Shown: positions 19,183-29,787, counted from the first letter of the stretch. The stretch is 64,000 nucleotides of DNA from an uncultured delta proteobacterium (GCA_963785235.1 CAWAUM010000001.1:224001-288000); one strand, 5' to 3'. The notes: generated by a model not told the origin, from the letters alone. A program made the numbers and translations.

Positions 19183-21695
19183 GTACCTCGGCAGCACTCA
19201 AAAGCGTTCACAAGATCAAGGAACCGAAAAATCTGTCCAAGCGCATAACCTGGCTGCGGGATTATTACTACAAGGGCGTGGATCGACCGTGGAACAACGA
19301 GTTCACTGCCTGGACCACAGGCACGCCCTGGGATGTGCAGTTCGATGAGATGACGTTTTACATCGTGCCCGAGACCTACCCCTTCATGCAGACCTTCCGC
19401 TCCTGCATGCAGCAGGCGGCCAGGCCTGTGAAGCTGCACCCCGACTTCTGGAAGTGGAGCCTGGTTGAGCGCAAGGCCTGGTTCGTCAGGGAGGTGATGG
19501 TGAACTATGTGCCCGCCGAGATCCTGCCGGGCGACCTCATTGCGGGGGGCCGCTTCAACCTCCAGACGTCCAAGTGCTGGACAAAACAGGAGGCAAAGCT
19601 TCGCGACAGGCTCATCTACGGGAAGAAAGGCGCGCGTGCATCCATGAAGTGGTTCCACGACCACGGCTACGGCAACTCGGGCGCCACGAGCGGCCACCTC
19701 ATCCCGGGGTATGAACGGGCCTTGAAGATCGGATGGAGGGGCATATACGAAGACCTGGATAATCGCTACAGCATGCTGCCCCAAAAGGACAAGAAGGGCA
19801 AGAAAGGCGCCCAGCTGAGCGCCATGATGACGGCCGCCACCACGGCGCGCGACCTGGCAGCCAAATATGCCGCGCTGTGCGAGCGTATGGCCCTCGATGA
19901 GAAAGAGGCAGTGAGGCAGGGCGAGTTGCAGAGAATGGCAGCCATCCTCAAGCGTGTCCCCTGGGAGCCGGCGGTCACCTTCTGGGAGGCCGTGCAGGCC
20001 CTGTGGATCACACACATGCTCGTCATGAGCGATGAGAACTATCCCGGGCCCGGAGTTTCCTTCGGCCGTATAGACCAGTATCTGCTGCCCTACTGGCAGC
20101 GGTCCATTGCAGGCGGCATGGAGAGGGAACTGGGCAAGGAGATCATGAAATGCCTCTGGGTGCATGCCAACACGGTGTACGACGCCATGATCCGCGTGGG
20201 TGACAATGGCATCACCGCGGGTTACGGCCAGCTCATAACGCTCTCGGGCGTGGGTGAAAACGGCAATGATATGACCAATGACCTGACGTATGCCATGCTG
20301 GAGGTCATCGACGAGATGACCCCCATGCTGGAGCCCAAACCCAACGTTCGCCTGCACCGGGGCACGCCGGAGACACTGCTGGACAAGGTGGTGGACATGA
20401 TCTCGGTAAGCCAGGGCGCGCCTTTCCTGCTGAACTTCGACGAACGGTCCATGGCAGGGATGCTCCGCGAGGCGAAAAAGGCCGGGGTGGAACACCTCAT
20501 CAACGAGACCAACGTGCACGACTACGCGCCCGTGGGCTGCCTGGAGAACACCATGCAGGGCAATGACCGCTCCGGCACGGTGGACAACAACCTGAACCTC
20601 TTAAAGGCCGTGGAGCTCTCCCTGAACGACGGGAAGGACTTCTTTGATTTTACCGACCCCATAACGGGGAAGAAGGAGAAGGTGAAACAGGCAGGCCCGA
20701 AGACCGGCGACGCTAAAGCATTTGCAACCTGGGACACATTCTGGAAGGCCTATGCCGAGCAGACGCGGTTCATCGTGCAAAGGTGTGCAGCGCTCTATGA
20801 GCTCTCCGAATCCATCCGGGCCCGGTTCTGCCCCACGCCGTACCTCTCCTGCCTGGTGAAGGGGTGTGCGGAAAAGGGGCTCGACGTCACCCAGGGGGGC
20901 GCTGAGCTGGGCTTCACAACCCTTGAGGCCGTGACCTTCGCCACCACGGTGGACTCGCTGCTGGCCATCAAGGACCTGGTGTTCGACAAAAAGGAATGCA
21001 CCATGGCCGAGATGATCGAAGCCCTCATGGCCAACTGGGATGGCAATGAGAAGCTGCAGGCCAAGGCCAGGTTCAAGGCCCCGAAATACGGGCGCGACGA
21101 CGATGAGGCCGATGCCATGGCTGCAAAGGTTATGGAGCTGTGGTGCGAGGAGACCTGGAAGTACAGAACCATCTCCACAAACCGCCGGTTCCGGCCTGGT
21201 ATGCTGAGCTGGAACTACTGGGTGGGCGACGGCTTCATCCTGCCGGCAAGCCCGGACGGCAGGCCCAAGGGGAGGTTCCTTTCAAATGCCATCTGCCCGG
21301 TGAGCGGGGCGGACATCAACGGCCCCACCGCCAATGTGAACTCCGTGGGCAAGGCCATGGGAGGAAAAGACCTGCAAGGCCCGGGGGACTATAAGGGATA
21401 TTACAACTGCCTGCCCAACGGCGCGAGCCACACCATCACCATCAACCCCTCCCTGCTGAAGAACCCGGAGCACCGCTCAAAGTTCAAGTCATTCTTGAGG
21501 GGATACGTGGAAAACGGGGGCAGCGCGCTGCAGATCAATATCCTTGATGCGGATATGCTTACAGACGCCCAGAAGAGGCCCGAAGACTACCGGTCGCTCC
21601 TGGTGAGGATAACAGGGTACAACGCATACTTCACGAGCATCGGAAGGGAGCTGCAGGATGAGGTCATCGCCCGCCTCAGCCATGAGTCGCTGTAA
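19179..21695 (+). CDS. Glycyl radical enzyme 1 (PFL superfamily, substrate unknown)
   Basis: SFGRIDQYL, Cys loop PVGCLEN, Gly loop LLVRITGYN. Confidence 0.92.
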   Translation: MSTSAALKSVHKIKEPKNLSKRITWLRDYYYKGVDRPWNNEFTAWTTGTPWDVQFDEMTFYIVPETYPFMQTFRSCMQQAARPVKLHPDFWKWSLVERKAWFVREVMVNYVPAEILPGDLIAGGRFNLQTSKCWTKQEAKLRDRLIYGKKGARASMKWFHDHGYGNSGATSGHLIPGYERALKIGWRGIYEDLDNRYSMLPQKDKKGKKGAQLSAMMTAATTARDLAAKYAALCERMALDEKEAVRQGELQRMAAILKRVPWEPAVTFWEAVQALWITHMLVMSDENYPGPGVSFGRIDQYLLPYWQRSIAGGMERELGKEIMKCLWVHANTVYDAMIRVGDNGITAGYGQLITLSGVGENGNDMTNDLTYAMLEVIDEMTPMLEPKPNVRLHRGTPETLLDKVVDMISVSQGAPFLLNFDERSMAGMLREAKKAGVEHLINETNVHDYAPVGCLENTMQGNDRSGTVDNNLNLLKAVELSLNDGKDFFDFTDPITGKKEKVKQAGPKTGDAKAFATWDTFWKAYAEQTRFIVQRCAALYELSESIRARFCPTPYLSCLVKGCAEKGLDVTQGGAELGFTTLEAVTFATTVDSLLAIKDLVFDKKECTMAEMIEALMANWDGNEKLQAKARFKAPKYGRDDDEADAMAAKVMELWCEETWKYRTISTNRRFRPGMLSWNYWVGDGFILPASPDGRPKGRFLSNAICPVSGADINGPTANVNSVGKAMGGKDLQGPGDYKGYYNCLPNGASHTITINPSLLKNPEHRSKFKSFLRGYVENGGSALQINILDADMLTDAQKRPEDYRSLLVRITGYNAYFTSIGRELQDEVIARLSHESL

Positions 21696-21799
21696 ATGAA
21701 TATTTTCCTAGGGGGCTGTCAGCATCAGTTGCATGGGGTGGTGTTGGCAGTCCCTGCCCCCATGGCGCCGGGGTGAGGGGCCCATACAAGGGAAAAGGC

Positions 21800-22804
21800 A
21801 TGACAAGCGCAGAAGACAAACACCAGGGAACAATCTTGCGCATCCAGCGCATGTCCACCGAGGACGGGCCCGGCATCAGGAGCACGGTCTTCTTCAAGGG
21901 ATGCCCGCTCGCGTGCATATGGTGCCATAACCCGGAGAGCATCTCACGCGGGCCCCAGGTGCATTGGGTGAAGTCCAGATGCATCGGCTGTAGAGGCTGC
22001 ATAGAGGCATGTCCGAAAGGGGCGCTTGCTTTTGGGGACAGTGGTATAACCATCAATCGATTACTGTGCGACTCATGCTCCGAGTGTGTTCAGGCCTGCC
22101 CATCCACGGCCATGGAGGCGTACGGCGAGGTCTTTTCCACCCACGATCTGGTGCGTGAGGTCATCAAGGACAAGGTCTATTTCCAGAAGTCAGGAGGCGG
22201 TGTGACACTCTCGGGCGGTGAACCCACCATGCAGCCGGCCTTTACCAAAGAGCTGCTTGCATCTTTGAAGCAAGAAGGTGTCCATACCGCGCTCGACACC
22301 TGCGGGCAGTGTTCGTGGGGAACCCTTGAGGCCCTGCTGCCGCAGGCGGACCTTGTGCTGTACGACCTCAAGGAGATCGACCCGGAAAACCATAAGCGGT
22401 TCACCGGCATTACCAACAAGGGTATCCTGCATAACCTCAAAATGCTGGGGCACTTCATGAAGGATCGAGGCATGCCGGGCGATCTCTGGATACGCACCCC
22501 TTTAATACCGGGCTGCACGGCAACGCCGGAAAATATCAAAGGCATCGGCGCCTTCATCAAGAAGCAGTTGCATTCAGTGGTAAGCAGGTGGGACCTCTGT
22601 ACCTTCAATAACCTGTGTACCCACAAGTATGATGGGTTGGGGCTCGACTGGAGCTTTAAGAGGGCAGGGCTCCTTGATGAGGATCAGGCTGATCACCTGG
22701 TTACCCTGGCCATGTCCTCGGGTGTCGATCCGGGAATTGTTCACCTGAGCGGGCCCATGAGAACACTTCCCCCCTCTCCCCTGGCGGGAGAGGGCCTAAG
22801 GTGA
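21800..22804 (+). CDS. Glycyl-radical activating enzyme (radical SAM, ferredoxin insert)
   Basis: EDGPGIRSTVFFKGCPLACIWCHNPE; CIGCRGCIEACP and CDSCSECVQACP; GGVTLSGGEP. Confidence 0.95.
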   Translation: MTSAEDKHQGTILRIQRMSTEDGPGIRSTVFFKGCPLACIWCHNPESISRGPQVHWVKSRCIGCRGCIEACPKGALAFGDSGITINRLLCDSCSECVQACPSTAMEAYGEVFSTHDLVREVIKDKVYFQKSGGGVTLSGGEPTMQPAFTKELLASLKQEGVHTALDTCGQCSWGTLEALLPQADLVLYDLKEIDPENHKRFTGITNKGILHNLKMLGHFMKDRGMPGDLWIRTPLIPGCTATPENIKGIGAFIKKQLHSVVSRWDLCTFNNLCTHKYDGLGLDWSFKRAGLLDEDQADHLVTLAMSSGVDPGIVHLSGPMRTLPPSPLAGEGLR

Positions 22805-22810
22805 GGGGGG
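22769..22810. repeat. REP-like CCCTCTCCC...GGGAGAGGG...GGTGAGGG element overlapping the activase 3' end
   Basis: Hairpin ccctctccc-ctggc-gggagaggg; related hairpin at 40561-40592 and a partial copy near 21750-21785. Confidence 0.6.
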
Positions 22811-22873
22811 AGTGCATATTGACGGCAGTGTCGTCTCCCTGGTTCCGGATATGAGTAGTGATGGAGGTAAAAT

Positions 22874-23722
22874 ATGAAGAAGACCTATACACGCTTTGAT
22901 GCCCTCGACATGAAGCAGTTCGAGCCCGAGGCAAAGGTGGGACTTATCGCCACGGTAAACCCTGAAGGCCTGCCGCATGTCACCCTCATTACCGCGCTGC
23001 AGGCAAAGACGCCTGAGAAGCTTATCTGGGGCCAGTTCTCCGAAGGCAGGAGCAAGGAGCACGTGAAGACCAATCCGAAAACAGGCTTTGCCATCATGAC
23101 CATGGACAAGAGCCTGTGGCGTGGCAAGGCGCTCTACACCCACAGGGCCAAAAGCGGTGATGACTACGAGATGTTCAACCTGAAGCCCATGTTCCGATAC
23201 AATGCCTATTTCGGCATTCATACCGTGCACTACATGGACCTCTTGGAGACCTACGGTAAGGAATCTTTGCCCCTTGCCCGGATCGGCCTGGGTTCTGTCC
23301 TGGCCCTGGCGGGGAGGTCCGCCGTTAAGCCGGGGCATGGAAAACGCATCTTAAAGCCCTGGGCCGAGGCCCTGTTCAAGAGGCTCGATACCATAAAGTT
23401 CATCTCAATTGTTGGGGAGGGCGGATTCCCGGTGATCATCCCGCTCATCGGCTGCCAGGCGGCAGACAGCACCAGGCTCGCCTTTTCACCGCTGGCCTAC
23501 GGCGAGGAGCTCAAAGCAATAAGGCCGGGGGCAACCGTTGCCGTATTCGGCCTTACCATGGAGATGGAGGACGTGCTGGTCAGGGGGACCTTCAGCGGGT
23601 TTGAGAGGCACCGGGGCATTACGCTCGGGTGTGTGGACATCACCTGGGTTTACAACTCCATGCCGCCCAAGCCCGGCCAGATCTACCCGGACTCGGAGCT
23701 TAAGCCTGTAGTGAATTTCTAA
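22874..23722 (+). CDS. Tandem pyridoxamine 5'-phosphate oxidase-like (split-barrel flavin-binding) protein
   Basis: GLIATVNPEGLPHVT...SKEHVKTNPK and a second repeat KFISIVGEGGFPVII; GGAGG RBS. Confidence 0.75.
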   Translation: MKKTYTRFDALDMKQFEPEAKVGLIATVNPEGLPHVTLITALQAKTPEKLIWGQFSEGRSKEHVKTNPKTGFAIMTMDKSLWRGKALYTHRAKSGDDYEMFNLKPMFRYNAYFGIHTVHYMDLLETYGKESLPLARIGLGSVLALAGRSAVKPGHGKRILKPWAEALFKRLDTIKFISIVGEGGFPVIIPLIGCQAADSTRLAFSPLAYGEELKAIRPGATVAVFGLTMEMEDVLVRGTFSGFERHRGITLGCVDITWVYNSMPPKPGQIYPDSELKPVVNF

Positions 23723-23737
23723 AGAGGAGAAATCAGT

Positions 23738-26117
23738 ATGATAGCCCATTCGGCACCCAAGAAACCAGATGACAGGTTAACCCCCCCCGAGCGCTTTACA
23801 CGCATCAAGCATGCACTGCTCTCTTCGTGTGTGCATCTCTGTACCGAGCGGGCGCTGCTCATCACCGAGTTTTTTAAAAAACATGACAATAAAAAAGAGC
23901 CTATGGTGATCCGTAAGGCCAAGGCACTGCGCTACCTGCTCCGGAATAAGTCGGTGAAGATCTTCGATGATGAGCTCATTGTCGGCAATGTGGGCGGCTT
24001 TCGGAAATCGGCCATCATGCAGCCTGAACTCTCCGGGGTAGTCATGAGCGAGGAGTTACTCTGGATGGGCTCCCGCAAGACAAATCCCTATCCTATTTCC
24101 TGGGCGGACAGGCTGAAGCTCTTCTTGAAGGTCATCCCGTACTGGTCCTTCAGAAATATGAACACCCGTGCATTCAAGTGGTACAGCCCGAAGCTTATCC
24201 GTTTCGTGCTGGCACAGATCAGCGCCTCCAACTACCTCATCAATGAGTCCGGAGGCATAGGTCACTTCCTGCCCGATTACGGCAGTATGATAAGGCTCGG
24301 CATCAAAGGCTACAGGGAAACCCTTGATGGGTCGAAGTTCGACCTCCATGCAGCAGCGCTCATCGCCTGCGAGGGCCTGGCAGACTATGCAAAAAGGCTC
24401 TCTGCTGAGGCTGTGAGGCTCGCATCCTATGAAAGCTCGCCTGCAAGAAAGCAGGAGCTCATAGAGATTGCGCGCATCTGCAAAAAGGTGCCCCTGGAGC
24501 CTGCCGAGACCCTGCACGAGGCCCTGCAGGCCCTGTGGCTCACCCACATGGCCGTATGCCTTGAAGGGATCAACTCCGCCGTCTCCTTTGGGAGGATAGA
24601 CCAGTACCTCTACCCGTACTACAGGGCCGATATGGCAGCCGGCAGGATCGATGCTGACAAGGCCCGGGAGCTGCTTCTTTGCTTCTCCGCCAAGACCACC
24701 GAGCACATGTTCCTCCTTTCAAGCAGGGTCAGCGAGTACCACGGAGGATACCTGGTGGCCCAGGCCGCCACGGTAGGAGGCATGGACAAGGACGGCAATG
24801 ATGCGGTGAACGACCTTACCTACCTGTTCCTCGATGTCATGGAACTGGCGGGGCTGCGCGACCCTAACTACATGGCAAGGATCCATACCTCTTCTCCCGA
24901 GGAGTATGTGCGCCGGGCCGTGGATGTGGCATGCAAAGGGAGCAATGTGCCGGGCCTGTTCAATGATGAGGCCACCATCGCATCGCTCACCTCCCATGGC
25001 TACGCCCTCGAAGAGGCCCGCGACTATGGGGTTGTGGGCTGCGTGGAACCGACCATCCCGGGAAAAAGCTTCTGCTCTACTGATGCCGCACTCTTCAACC
25101 TGCCCTTGTGCCTGGTCCTGGCCCTGAACAAGGGCATGCGGCCGGATTCCCGGTTCAGGGTGGGCGCTTCGACACCCGATCCGGCTACATTCAAGACCAT
25201 GGAGAACCTCATCGATGCCTTCAGGGCCCAGGTGGCATTCATGGTAAGCCGCCTGATCAAGGATATCCAGATAATCGAAGGGGCCAACCGCGATTTTCAC
25301 CCCACCCCGTTTTCCTCCATGCTGGTTAAAGGCTGCCTGGAGAGCGGCCGCGACGTGACGTCGGGCGGCGCTCAGTTCAACTCCAGCGGTATCCAGGGCG
25401 TGGGTGTGGCGGACGTGGCTGATTCCCTTGCAGCTATCGAAGACGCGGTGTTCACCCGTAAGTCTTATACCCTGACTCGAGGTGATCGAATCCATGGGGA
25501 AGAACTTTGCGGACAATCCGAAACTCGGTGCGGCGCTGGTCTCGGCCCCGAAGTTCGGAAACGACAACGGCATGCCTGAGCGATACGCCGACCTTGTCGT
25601 ACATATCTTCCACGACGCCCTGATGAGGTATCGCAACACACGCGGCGGCCCCTATATCTCCGGGTTTTACTCATCCACGACCCATGTGGGCTTCGGAAGG
25701 AGGACGCCTGCCCTGCCAAGCGGCAGAAAGGCGGGAGAGCCCTTTGCGGCAAGCATGGGGTGCTGCAACGGGCGCGACAGGAACGGGCCCACAGCCCTAC
25801 TCAATTCGGTGGCTGCCGTTGATTCAAGGCTGTCCCCCAACGGCTATGCACTGAACATGCGCTTCGATGTGTCCTCATTGAAAGGTGAAAAGGCCCTTTC
25901 TACCATGACCGCCCTTACCAGGGGCTTCTTTGCCCAGGGCGGCATGGAGATGCAGCTCAATGTGCTCGACCCGGCGGTCCTGGCCGATGCCCGGTCGCAC
26001 CCCGGCAAGTACCCCGGTATCGTGGTGAGGGTTGCCGGGTACTGCGCCTATTTCGATGATCTTCCTGACACCGTGAAGGACGAGATCATCAACAGGACCA
26101 GGATGGAGCTGGGGTAG
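23738..26117 (+). CDS. Glycyl radical enzyme 2 (PFL superfamily, substrate unknown), frameshift near 25480
   Basis: ERALLITE, SFGRIDQYLYPYY, Cys loop VVGCVEP, APKFGND, Gly loop IVVRVAGYC (ORFs 23738..25579 and 25482..26117). Confidence 0.92.
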
Positions 26118-26125
26118 GGGCTGTT

Positions 26126-26341
26126 TTAACCCGGAGTGTGAGTTTAAGAAGAGTAAAAAAACTGATCCGTTAAAAAACTCACTCTTGCAGCCTTTGTGGA
26201 GCGATAATTTTATCGGTCCTTAAGGCTGCAAGAGTGAGTTTTTTAACGGACCTATTCAAAAAACAATACCATGCTCACTATGAGTTTTATGCTTAAGTCC
26301 ACCTGTAGCGCACAGGGTATTTATGGGTTTATTCCAAAGGC
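26126..26341. repeat. MITE/REP-like element family A, copy 2 (right end decayed)
   Basis: Shares taagaagagtaaa, aacggacctatt, catgctcactatgagt and ccacct with copy 1; perfect 29-bp IR 26166-26194 / 26222-26250. Confidence 0.75.
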
Positions 26342-26355
26342 CCGATTTGCCTCCT

Positions 26356-27372
26356 TCACCCGAGATACTCGCGATACACCGACGAGAACCTCCTGAGCTC
26401 TTTATAATCCATAACCGTGGACATGGGGAGGTTCGTCTCCTCCACCCCGGCCTCCCTTGCCGAAGCAACAGGATTAAGGCCGCCCAGCAGTACGATGCCC
26501 ATCTTATTAACGTCAACACTCACCTGGCAGACGCTCTCACCCATCTTGCCCATGGAGATCACCGGCTGCATGTCAACGCCTTTTAACAGTTCAATGACCT
26601 CTTCCACGCCGTCCCTGCACACCCCGGCTACTTCGCTGAAGTTAGCCAGGATCTTTCCCTCACCCCTTCTCAGAACCTCCCGCATGGCGGTCATCCGGGC
26701 ACTGATGAAGGCCTCCGATGGATCCAGAGAGGTTCCGGAGTAGTGGATCAGCTCTACAAAACGCATGGGTTTATGTTCACTTACCTGGAGTATGCCACCG
26801 AATTTTGACTCCAGCGGGATGCCGCGTTTAAGAAGCATACCGGAAAAAACGATGCTGCACACCGTTGCGAAACCGATGCACCCCGGCGGTACGTGCACAT
26901 CGCCCAAAAAGGCCCCTTCGGGCGCCACTGCAACCAGGTTGCTCACGCAATAGCCCTTTTCAAAGGCCGACTTCATCCCCTTGAGCGCATCCTTGAAGCT
27001 CTCCTTGGGAAAGAACGAGACATTGCTGGGGATCAGGCCCTTGCCTGCGGTTGCATCAAAGGTGGTCTTGTAGGCAAGGATCTCCATACGTGAGATGCAG
27101 TAGCCGACCTTGTCCTGGACCCGGGCGTTGCGTAACTCTTCTATGCCCTTTTCCGTAATGAGCCTGCCGACCCTTCTCCCGATAAACCGTGTAAGCTCAC
27201 GCTGGTCCATGAACTGAAGGTGGTAGCGGACGGCACGCTCGCTCAGGTTGATCCCGTATTCCTTCATCCTCCTTGCAATGATGCGTGCGCCGAGCGGTTG
27301 CCCGGCATGATTGAGGATCCTCAGGATCAGGATGCTCTTCCTTTCCATCTCATCAAAAGTAAACATGTTCAT
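26356..27372 (-). CDS. nrpR: NrpR-family regulator (wHTH plus one NRD/DUF128 domain)
   Basis: ILRIL...PLGARIIA...LSERAVRYHL; TVCS, FGGIL, YSGTSLDPSE, GGLNPV. Confidence 0.85.
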   Translation of the reverse strand: MNMFTFDEMERKSILILRILNHAGQPLGARIIARRMKEYGINLSERAVRYHLQFMDQRELTRFIGRRVGRLITEKGIEELRNARVQDKVGYCISRMEILAYKTTFDATAGKGLIPSNVSFFPKESFKDALKGMKSAFEKGYCVSNLVAVAPEGAFLGDVHVPPGCIGFATVCSIVFSGMLLKRGIPLESKFGGILQVSEHKPMRFVELIHYSGTSLDPSEAFISARMTAMREVLRRGEGKILANFSEVAGVCRDGVEEVIELLKGVDMQPVISMGKMGESVCQVSVDVNKMGIVLLGGLNPVASAREAGVEETNLPMSTVMDYKELRRFSSVYREYLG

Positions 27373-27492
27373 CTCCCCATAAAAATATCGGTTGCCTATT
27401 GCCGATGATGGTTACACGCCGGAGAAAAACTGTCAACGTTTGCATGACAATTCGCAATATTTCGGATACAACATATGCATTGAGGAAAGGGC

Positions 27493-28155
27493 ATGGGCCG
27501 GATCAGAGACAATGTGTTGAGGCTGCTCTCGGAGATACCACAGGGCATCACCGTGGTAGCGGCCGCCAAGTCGAGAGACGCTGCGGAGATCCTTGAGGCC
27601 GTTGAAGCGGGCATCACCGCTGTGGGCGAGAATTATATGCAGGAATCCCGGACAATGATCGAGGCCATCGGTCCGAAGGCTTCATGGCACTTCATAGGCC
27701 ACATCCAGAAGAACAAGGTCAAATACATCGTGCCGCTCTTTGACATGATCGAGACAGTTGACTCCATGGAGCTTGCATCCATGATAGACCAGCACGCCGC
27801 CAGGTATGGCAAGGTCATGCCCGTGCTCGTCGAGGTGAACATCGCCCATGAGGCACAGAAACACGGTGCCATGCCCGAGGATGTCCCCGGTCTTATCCGG
27901 CAGTTGAGCAGCCTGAAAAATATCCATGTGAGCGGGCTCATGACCATGGGGCCCTTTGTGGAAGACCCGGAGGAACTCAGGCCTTACTTCAGGCAGGCCA
28001 AGGTCCTCTTCGAGGAAATCAAGGCATTGAATATAGCGAATGTGACGATGGACTACCTCTCCATGGGCATGAGCGATTCCTTCCAGATAGCCATCCAGGA
28101 AGGGGCCACAATGGTCCGCATCGGCACCAGTATCTTCGGAGAAAGGCCGCACTGA
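27493..28155 (+). CDS. yggS: PLP homeostasis protein YggS
   Basis: AAAKS, GENYMQE, WHFIGHIQKNK, GLMTM, LSMGMSD, GATMVRIGTSIFG. Confidence 0.95.
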   Translation: MGRIRDNVLRLLSEIPQGITVVAAAKSRDAAEILEAVEAGITAVGENYMQESRTMIEAIGPKASWHFIGHIQKNKVKYIVPLFDMIETVDSMELASMIDQHAARYGKVMPVLVEVNIAHEAQKHGAMPEDVPGLIRQLSSLKNIHVSGLMTMGPFVEDPEELRPYFRQAKVLFEEIKALNIANVTMDYLSMGMSDSFQIAIQEGATMVRIGTSIFGERPH

Positions 28156-28165
28156 ATTTATCCTC

Positions 28166-28892
28166 TCAACAAATCTTAACAGGCATCCCTACCTTTGCAC
28201 CGATGATATTGGCCGCATTCCCTCGGTTTGCCGCTATCTCGATGGTGGAGGCGCTGCCGCAGATGAGGCCGACAGAACCGGAAGGGATGTCTGCAAAGGT
28301 CTTTGCGCAAACCATAATGACCTGACCATTCAATTCCAGCGAAATATCGGGCTTGGCAAGTTCACAGATGATGTTGGTGATCACATTCCCGAAGGTGTCT
28401 ATGTGTACGACCATGGGGTTCGTTACTTCAAGAGATACCGGTGCAGCCGCTGGCTATGCCCAGCTCATGTATGTCATCCCCCGCCAGTATCCTTGCCACG
28501 ATCAGCGCAAAGATATCCCTGCCGTGGAAGGTTGGCGATACGGCCCCCTGGGGCCTCCAGGTGATTTCAATGACCGTCTCGGCCGGGAACAGGAACGAGA
28601 AGACCCCGTTATCAGGCCCCACAAAGATATGACCATCCTTTTTTACGTAAAGGATGCCGCGCCCGGTCCCAACGCCGGGGTCAACCACGGCCAGGTGTAT
28701 GGTGCCGGCGGAAAAAAACCTGAAACTGCTTGCCAGCAGCCACCCCGCAGATATGATGCCGAAGGCTTCAATTTCGTGGGTGATGTCGATGATCCTGGCT
28801 TCCGGTGCCTGGGTGAGTATGACCGCCTTCACCTGGGCCACATAGGCATCCTTCAGGCCGAAATCCGAGATAAAGGTTATGGTGGGGATCAT
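28166..28892 (-). CDS. SAM hydrolase / SAM-dependent halogenase family (DUF62), frameshift near 28435
   Basis: SDFGLKD.YV, VVDPGVGT.R, GPDNG, SPTFHGRDIF; C-domain HIDTFGNVITN. Confidence 0.88.
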
Positions 28893-29008
28893 GCCTTCTA
28901 TAGTACGCCAAACCAGGCGATGGTCAATATGCACCTAAAGGGTATTGAGGTATAACCTTCATCAGTCACCCCTTGCATGGCAGGCAATCTTGTTTTATAT
29001 TCAACGAG

Positions 29009-29759
29009 ATGATAATCAATGAACAGAGCTGTTTCTATCCTGACAGTTACGTATACTTCGACCCGGCATCGAGGGGATTCCAAACCGAAGACATCTTTCT
29101 GGATGACCGCATCCACTGCTGGTTCATACGGCCCCAACCGGTCAATGCGAAGCAATCACTGATAGTCCACCTCCATGGCAATGCAGAGAACATGACCTCC
29201 CACATCACAGGCGCCATGTTCCTGCTGGAAGCTGGGCTATCCTATTTTGGCATTTGACTACAGCGGCTACGGCAGGTCGAAGGGAACACCGACCCTGGCA
29301 GGGATACAGGACGACGCCAGAGTAGTCTTTGGACACATATTCGCAAACCCCCATACGTTCGGCAGCTCAGTCTTCGGGTTCGGCCAGTCCATGGGGGCAT
29401 ATACGCTGGCGCGGGTCCTGCCGGATTTTCCAGGGCTCAAGGGCGCCATATTAGAGGCCGGATTGCATTCATTCCATGCGTTGTTCTGTGAGGCCTATCC
29501 TGCGCTCGAATGTACCGTGCCTGACAAAGGCTATTCGGCCCTTGATACGCTGCCTGGCAGTGCCGTACCCAAGCTCTTTATCCACGGGACTGCCGATGGC
29601 GTTGTGCCCTTTTCCCACTCTATACGGATGCACGAGGTTGCAGCAGAACCGAAAGATATCCTTATCCTGGACGGTGTCGGCCATATCGATGCCTTTATCT
29701 CCCGGCATGCCATGACCTATCGGGAGAAGATCCAGCAATTTCTGAAACAGAACAGTTAG
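29009..29759 (+). CDS. Alpha/beta hydrolase, frameshift near 29245
   Basis: FYPD, HGNAEN, FDYSGYGRSKG, GQSMG, IHGTAD.VVP, GVGH. Confidence 0.85.
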
Positions 29760-29787
29760 CAGCTTGACCTGATATCAATATTTATAA

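Noticed and set aside
19179-26117. Pyruvate formate-lyase or fumarate-adding (Bss/Ass) enzymes
   Set aside because: No Cys-Cys pair as in PFL; CxE loops and no small accessory subunit genes argue against fumarate-adding enzymes
12555-26250. Family A and B hairpins as attC sites or CRISPR repeats
   Set aside because: They read GTT...AAC, the reverse of attC order, are perfect palindromes and are dispersed; no spacer array or cas genes
28166-28892. Fluorinase or chlorinase of a halometabolite pathway
   Set aside because: HGRDIF-type motifs and the housekeeping context fit the common DUF62 SAM hydrolase; no biosynthetic genes nearby
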